The notes below the pieces were generated by a model, which was not told where the DNA came from, did no database searches, and saw only the letters and a list, made by a program, of their open reading frames with translations. Shown piece after piece: positions 59,421 through 64,000 of a stretch of DNA of 64,000 nt (within the stretch, counting starts at the first letter, position 1; every line of letters begins with the position of its first letter). The translations under genes and the position numbers were made by a program. The DNA is from Mobula birostris. Lineage: Eukaryota. The DNA is taken from positions 70,181,717-70,245,716 of the forward strand of contig NC_092380.1 in assembly GCF_030028105.1 (NCBI RefSeq), written 5' to 3'.

Positions 59421-61043
59421 CAGGTTTCCCCTGCTATCCGAAGGTAGGGCGTTCCTATAAAATGGTTTATAAGCTGGAATGTCGTAAAGCCAGGAAGCAA
59501 TTAATATTTATTTATTTGGGGAAAATTTGTGAGCATTCGCAGACCCAAAAATAACCTACCAAATCCTGCAAAAGAACACATAAAACCTAAAATAACAGTA
59601 ACATATAGTAAAAGCAGGAATGATAAATACACAGCCTATATAAAGTAAAAATACTTCCCTACAATCATTGCCTGCACTGTCCTCTGTAGCGAAAATCTCA
59701 TGCAAGCGCTCTCAGCAGAAGCACTCTCTCCAGTAACCCTTAAGCTATGAAGCTGCCGAATCATACCAAATAACATAAAAATACACAGCCAATATAAAGT
59801 AGAAATAATGTATGTACAGTGTAGTATCACTTACCGGAATTGGGAAGACAGCGCCGAGCACACTGGTGATGGTGTGTTAGGCTGAATTGTCAGAGGTTGG
59901 GGTGGTGCAGTGGCCCCCACCCTCCAGGCCGCCAACCGATACAGATCCGCGAAGAATTCAGGAGTACAGCAGTAGCCGGAATGCACCCAGCACATATTTA
60001 AAAGCCGAAATAAACAAGCTAATTAATTAGGTGCCACCCGGCTCGTAAATGTCGGGCCAGATCAGAGGCGACGCAATCAGCAATCGCCTCTGATCTGGGC
60101 CAACATTTATGTGCCAGGCGGCACCTAATTAATTAGCTTGTTTATTTCAGTTTTTTTTCTTAAAGATGTGCTGGGTGCGTCCCGGCTACCGCTGCATTCT
60201 TTGCGGATCGGTATCTGTACGCAGCCCGGGGGTTGGGATGGTGGGTCACTGGGGTGTCACCTCATCGTCGTCTGTTTCCACGAGCGCAGGCAGGTCATCT
60301 TCTTCTATGTCTCCCTGCATCGATGTCGAAGGTCAAGGTTCATCGTCTACTGTGGCTGATGTGGAAGGCTTGTTTGACTGCTTAGCCTCGTGCATTTTTC
60401 TATCATACAGTTCTTTGTAAGGACTCAAACCATCTTGCAAATATGCCCGAAACCAACGAACTCTTTCAGAATTAAAGTCGTACTTTATCATTGCAGCCAA
60501 AATCACACACAGTTTCTTCACGTTCAGTTCCTGGACAACTTCACTTTCTGTCCATTCGCTACTGCATTCGGTTTCCATTGTTATCCTTTCCTCTTCCAAT
60601 TGCATCAGCTCTTCATCTATCAGTTTTTGGTCATGGGATGCCAAGATCTCTTCAACATCATCTTTGTCAACTTCCACAAGCCAAACTCACTTTGTCCTCA
60701 CTTAGTTCACCACAATCGAAACGCTTAATTATGTCTAGTTTTACGCTAAGTGTAACACCCTTACGAGCTCATTTAGGCTTTTCCGATACCTTAGAAATCA
60801 TCTTACAACTGGATGCTCACAGGCACGTGTTTAAGCAATGCCGGCTAGAATGCATTTCCAAATCCAGGGAGGAGCAGCTGCTCCTCCCGTGCACTGCTTT
60901 TTTTCACGCGCTGCCTTTTATTGCGCACTGCTTTTTTCATAACAGTGAAAGCACCTTCTGTTAGCAAAAACAGGTAACTAATGTAGGTCTTTCGTTACAG
61001 TGAGGTTTCGTAAAGCGAACGTTCGAAAAGTGGGGGACACCTA
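59421..61043 (-). mobile_element. Tigger/pogo internal-deletion derivative
   Basis: TA TSDs (59419-59420, 61044-61045), TIRs caggtttcccctgctatccg / cgaaaagtgggggacaccta, and transposase C-terminus ORF 60333-60677. Confidence 0.88.
59908..60251. mobile_element. Palindromic MITE-like insert (hAT-like CAGTG termini) in the Tigger
   Basis: cagtggcccccacc ... ggtgggtcactg termini and a near-perfect hairpin core 60007-60148 with a 12-nt loop (60072-60083). Absent from the other Tigger copy. Confidence 0.7.
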
Positions 61044-62074
61044 TAATTAAATTAACAAACTTAACTAATTTGTGTTCTACAAAGGTTACTGAAATTTTGC
61101 AAACTAAAGATTTTTAAAATTTGTATCAAACAAACCAATGTGTTTGTGAAGCAATAAAATTTTACCACATTGCAGATTACCATTATTATGCACTATACCA
61201 CTCTATACAGTTAGTGGACCAACTGTTCATCATATGACTTTCCCTAATCGCACAGAAAGGAAATTCACTCCTAAAACTATGCACCTTCAGACAGGGAAGA
61301 TATAAATAAAGCCAGCAGGGAAGATTCAAGAAGCAAACGAGTTTTCACCCAACTCACATGGTCTTATTGAAACTGGATACAAATCAGAACAAAAGTTACA
61401 TTTACGGTCAATCGACTTATGAACCACCCTAATAAGCTGATAGATCCATAGGGTTAAAGATCAGCTAGATAAAAATGAGGGAGAAAAAAATGGAGGGATA
61501 TAGTATTTTAGATTTAGTGGTAATGTGTGTGTGGATGCTCACATGGTATGTTACCAATGGCAAAGGGCCACTGGGCTGATTGCCCCAATTCTACCATGTA
61601 GAAGTTTTACTTTATTCTGTAATTGTGATTTTTAAAATTTGTATGGCTTTAAAAGTTGAAGAGTTAAATTCCTCGTATACCTTTTCCAACTTTGTCTCTA
61701 TAGTAACATCAAATTATCAAACTTATTCTAGCCAACAACTGAGCAGCCTGCCCGGGATTGGATTTTGACCCTCAAAGATTGCATCCATATCCATATACAT
61801 TTCTGCTTTCTTCAAAATAAAACTCGCTGAGATACCTGACTAGATTTCAAGTTGTGAAAATAAAAACTGCGAGTGAAAAGATAATTTTCTGATCCCGTAA
61901 CAAGTGGCCAATCTTAAACTGTCCAAAGTTAGCTTTTCCAGTTTGGCCAGCCATGAAGCTGAAACTAGAACGTATATCGGAATGAACCTGATAGATTATC
62001 CATACCACCAACAATAATTTAACAAAAACTCCTGCATGTATCCATTTATGTTCTCTAATGGCTATTGGAATCTT

Positions 62075-63971
62075 CCTTTCTTTTTCAATCTTTTTATTAA
62101 TTTCACAGAAATAAACATAACATGGTAGTAGTACAAAGTTATTGGGAATACATTGTTATAATTAAAATTAACATAAGTGATTATAAAGCCAGATAATACA
62201 AATGATAAAACTCACAATCATATAGGATACGGAAGAATAATATAAAAGAAAGAAAAATATCTAAAAAAAAATCATGAAGAAGGAAAAAAAATACCCCCCC
62301 AAAAAAAAACTATTCTAAGCAGAACTAATCAACTAAACTAAAAAAAAGACATGGGCTGTTTTGTAACATTGTAAACAAAGAGAAAAAAGAAAACCTTAGT
62401 GTCGACGACTCCATTCCTCTGAACCAACATTACAAAGAAGTAAAATAAGTTTGGAAATGGTCAAATTACATCATATGAAAATTTTGAATAAATGGCCTCC
62501 AAGTCTTTTCGATTTTGATAGAGGGGTCAAAAATAACACTTACAAAACAACAAAACTTACAACACATATAAAAACAAAAAAATAAAGCATAAAGATTTAC
62601 TTAAAGCTGATTTTTTACCCTTAATTGACCAGATTAAACGTTTGTTTACTAAATGGTCACCAATGTCTTTGTCAATGATTGGTCGGATCAATGCTATCAA
62701 GATGATTATTTTGCCTGAATTTTTATATGTATTTCAATCGGTACAAATTTTTATTCCAAAATCTTTTTTTGATAATGTTGATTCAAAAATTTCCTCATAC
62801 TTATAGCAGAATAAAAACCTTTGGTTAGGTAAGAGACATTTACAGAAATCTAAAAAAGGTGGGGGGGTGTTAGCACTCCCAAATTTTAGATTTTACTATT
62901 GGGCAATTAACATTCGATACTTAAAATTTTGGTTACGGGACTTGGATGTAATTTCAAGCCCACATTGGGTAAATCTTGAATGTAATTCTTTACAAGGGTT
63001 TTCAGTGGGTTCTGTTTTAGGGACTTTGCTTCCTTTTATTCCTTTTAAATTGTATAAACAAATGAATAACCCAATAGTTAAATATACTCTACTTAAATGG
63101 TTTCAATTTCATAAATTTTTTTGGGTTGAACCAATTTATTTTAGCAAGTCCTATTATATCTAATTCCTTTTTTCAACCCTCCGCTATGGATCAAGCCTAT
63201 TTAGACTGGAAAATCAAAGGTATAGTAGGATTTCGTGATTTATTTTTGGATAATTGTTTTATGTCCTTTGAACAGTTATCTAATAAATATAATTTACCTA
63301 GATCTCACTTTTTTAGATATTTACAGGTTAGAAACTTTTTAATTACTGTTTCTCCTAATTTTCCACATTTATATTCAATGGATATTTTGGAAAAAAAATT
63401 TTAGATTTAAATCTTCTTCAAAAAAGTGTTGTAGCAATTATTTATAATATAATTATGAATTTATGTCCTGATGTAAAATTAAAACTGATTGGGAAAGAGA
63501 ACTCAAGATTACTGAACAGATTGAAAAATGGGAAAAAATTCTTCAATTAGTTAATTCATCCTCTATGATGTGCTAAACATGCGTTGATACAGTTTAAAGT
63601 AGTGCACAGGGCTCATATGTGCAAAGATAAATTATCTCGTTGTTATTCTTATATAAATCCTATATGTGATAGATGTCAATCCAAGATAGCTTCTTTAACT
63701 CACATGTTTTGGTCTTGTCCTTTGCTGAAAAAATATTGGAAAGATATTTTTGATATTATTTCAACGGTTTTGAATATAGACCTATAACCTCACCTAATTA
63801 CTGCTATTTTTGGGTTACCAATGATAGAATCAAATCATTTAACCTCTTCAGCTCGTCGGATGATTGCATTTCCTACTTTAATGGCTAGAAGATCCATTTT
63901 GCTGAATTGGAAAGAGATTAATCCTCCCACCACATTTCATTGGTTTTCTCAAACTATGCTGTGTTTAAATT
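62075..63971 (-). mobile_element. L1 insertion with 5' inversion (twin-priming structure)
   Basis: 16-bp TSD TGGCTATTGGAATCTT (62059-62074, 63972-63987). The ORF2 end and 3' UTR are on the minus strand (62075-about 62541); the preceding ORF2 segment is on the plus strand (about 62570-63971). Confidence 0.9.
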
Positions 63972-64000
63972 TGGCTATTGGAATCTTGCAAAATAAGAAG

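Overview
Eukaryotic, repeat-dense window, most likely from a cartilaginous fish (inferred from the CR1/Rex/Penelope repeat complement and the B7-family exons; not verifiable without a search). Host genes are on the minus strand and comprise four splice-supported exons from two tandem Ig-superfamily genes. Gene B has a CpG-island leader exon (29495-29618) joined in phase across a 28.2-kb intron to an IgV exon (961-1302) that closely resembles B7-H6/NCR3LG1; it continues off the left edge. Gene A enters from the right edge with two C1-type Ig exons (57830-58153 and 49451-49765). Both of these exons have non-canonical cysteine patterns, and the second ends in a TGA placed one base before an intact splice donor, giving either a secreted form or a nonsense allele. 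Most of the rest is nested transposable elements, many with resolvable target-site duplications (TSDs): a PNMA-type Gypsy, a Gmr1-type Gypsy with integrase before RT, three solo LTRs, a fragmented class-I-like endogenous retrovirus, two Tigger elements, a 12-kb hAT carrying three nested layers, L1/Tx1 copies including a twin-priming inversion, CR1 and Rex LINEs, SINEs, and Penelope remnants with decayed hammerhead motifs. There is a 139-nt N gap at 28754-28892. No CRISPR arrays, rRNA or true tRNA genes were found. Boundaries not fixed by a TSD or splice site are approximate, and identity estimates are by eye.
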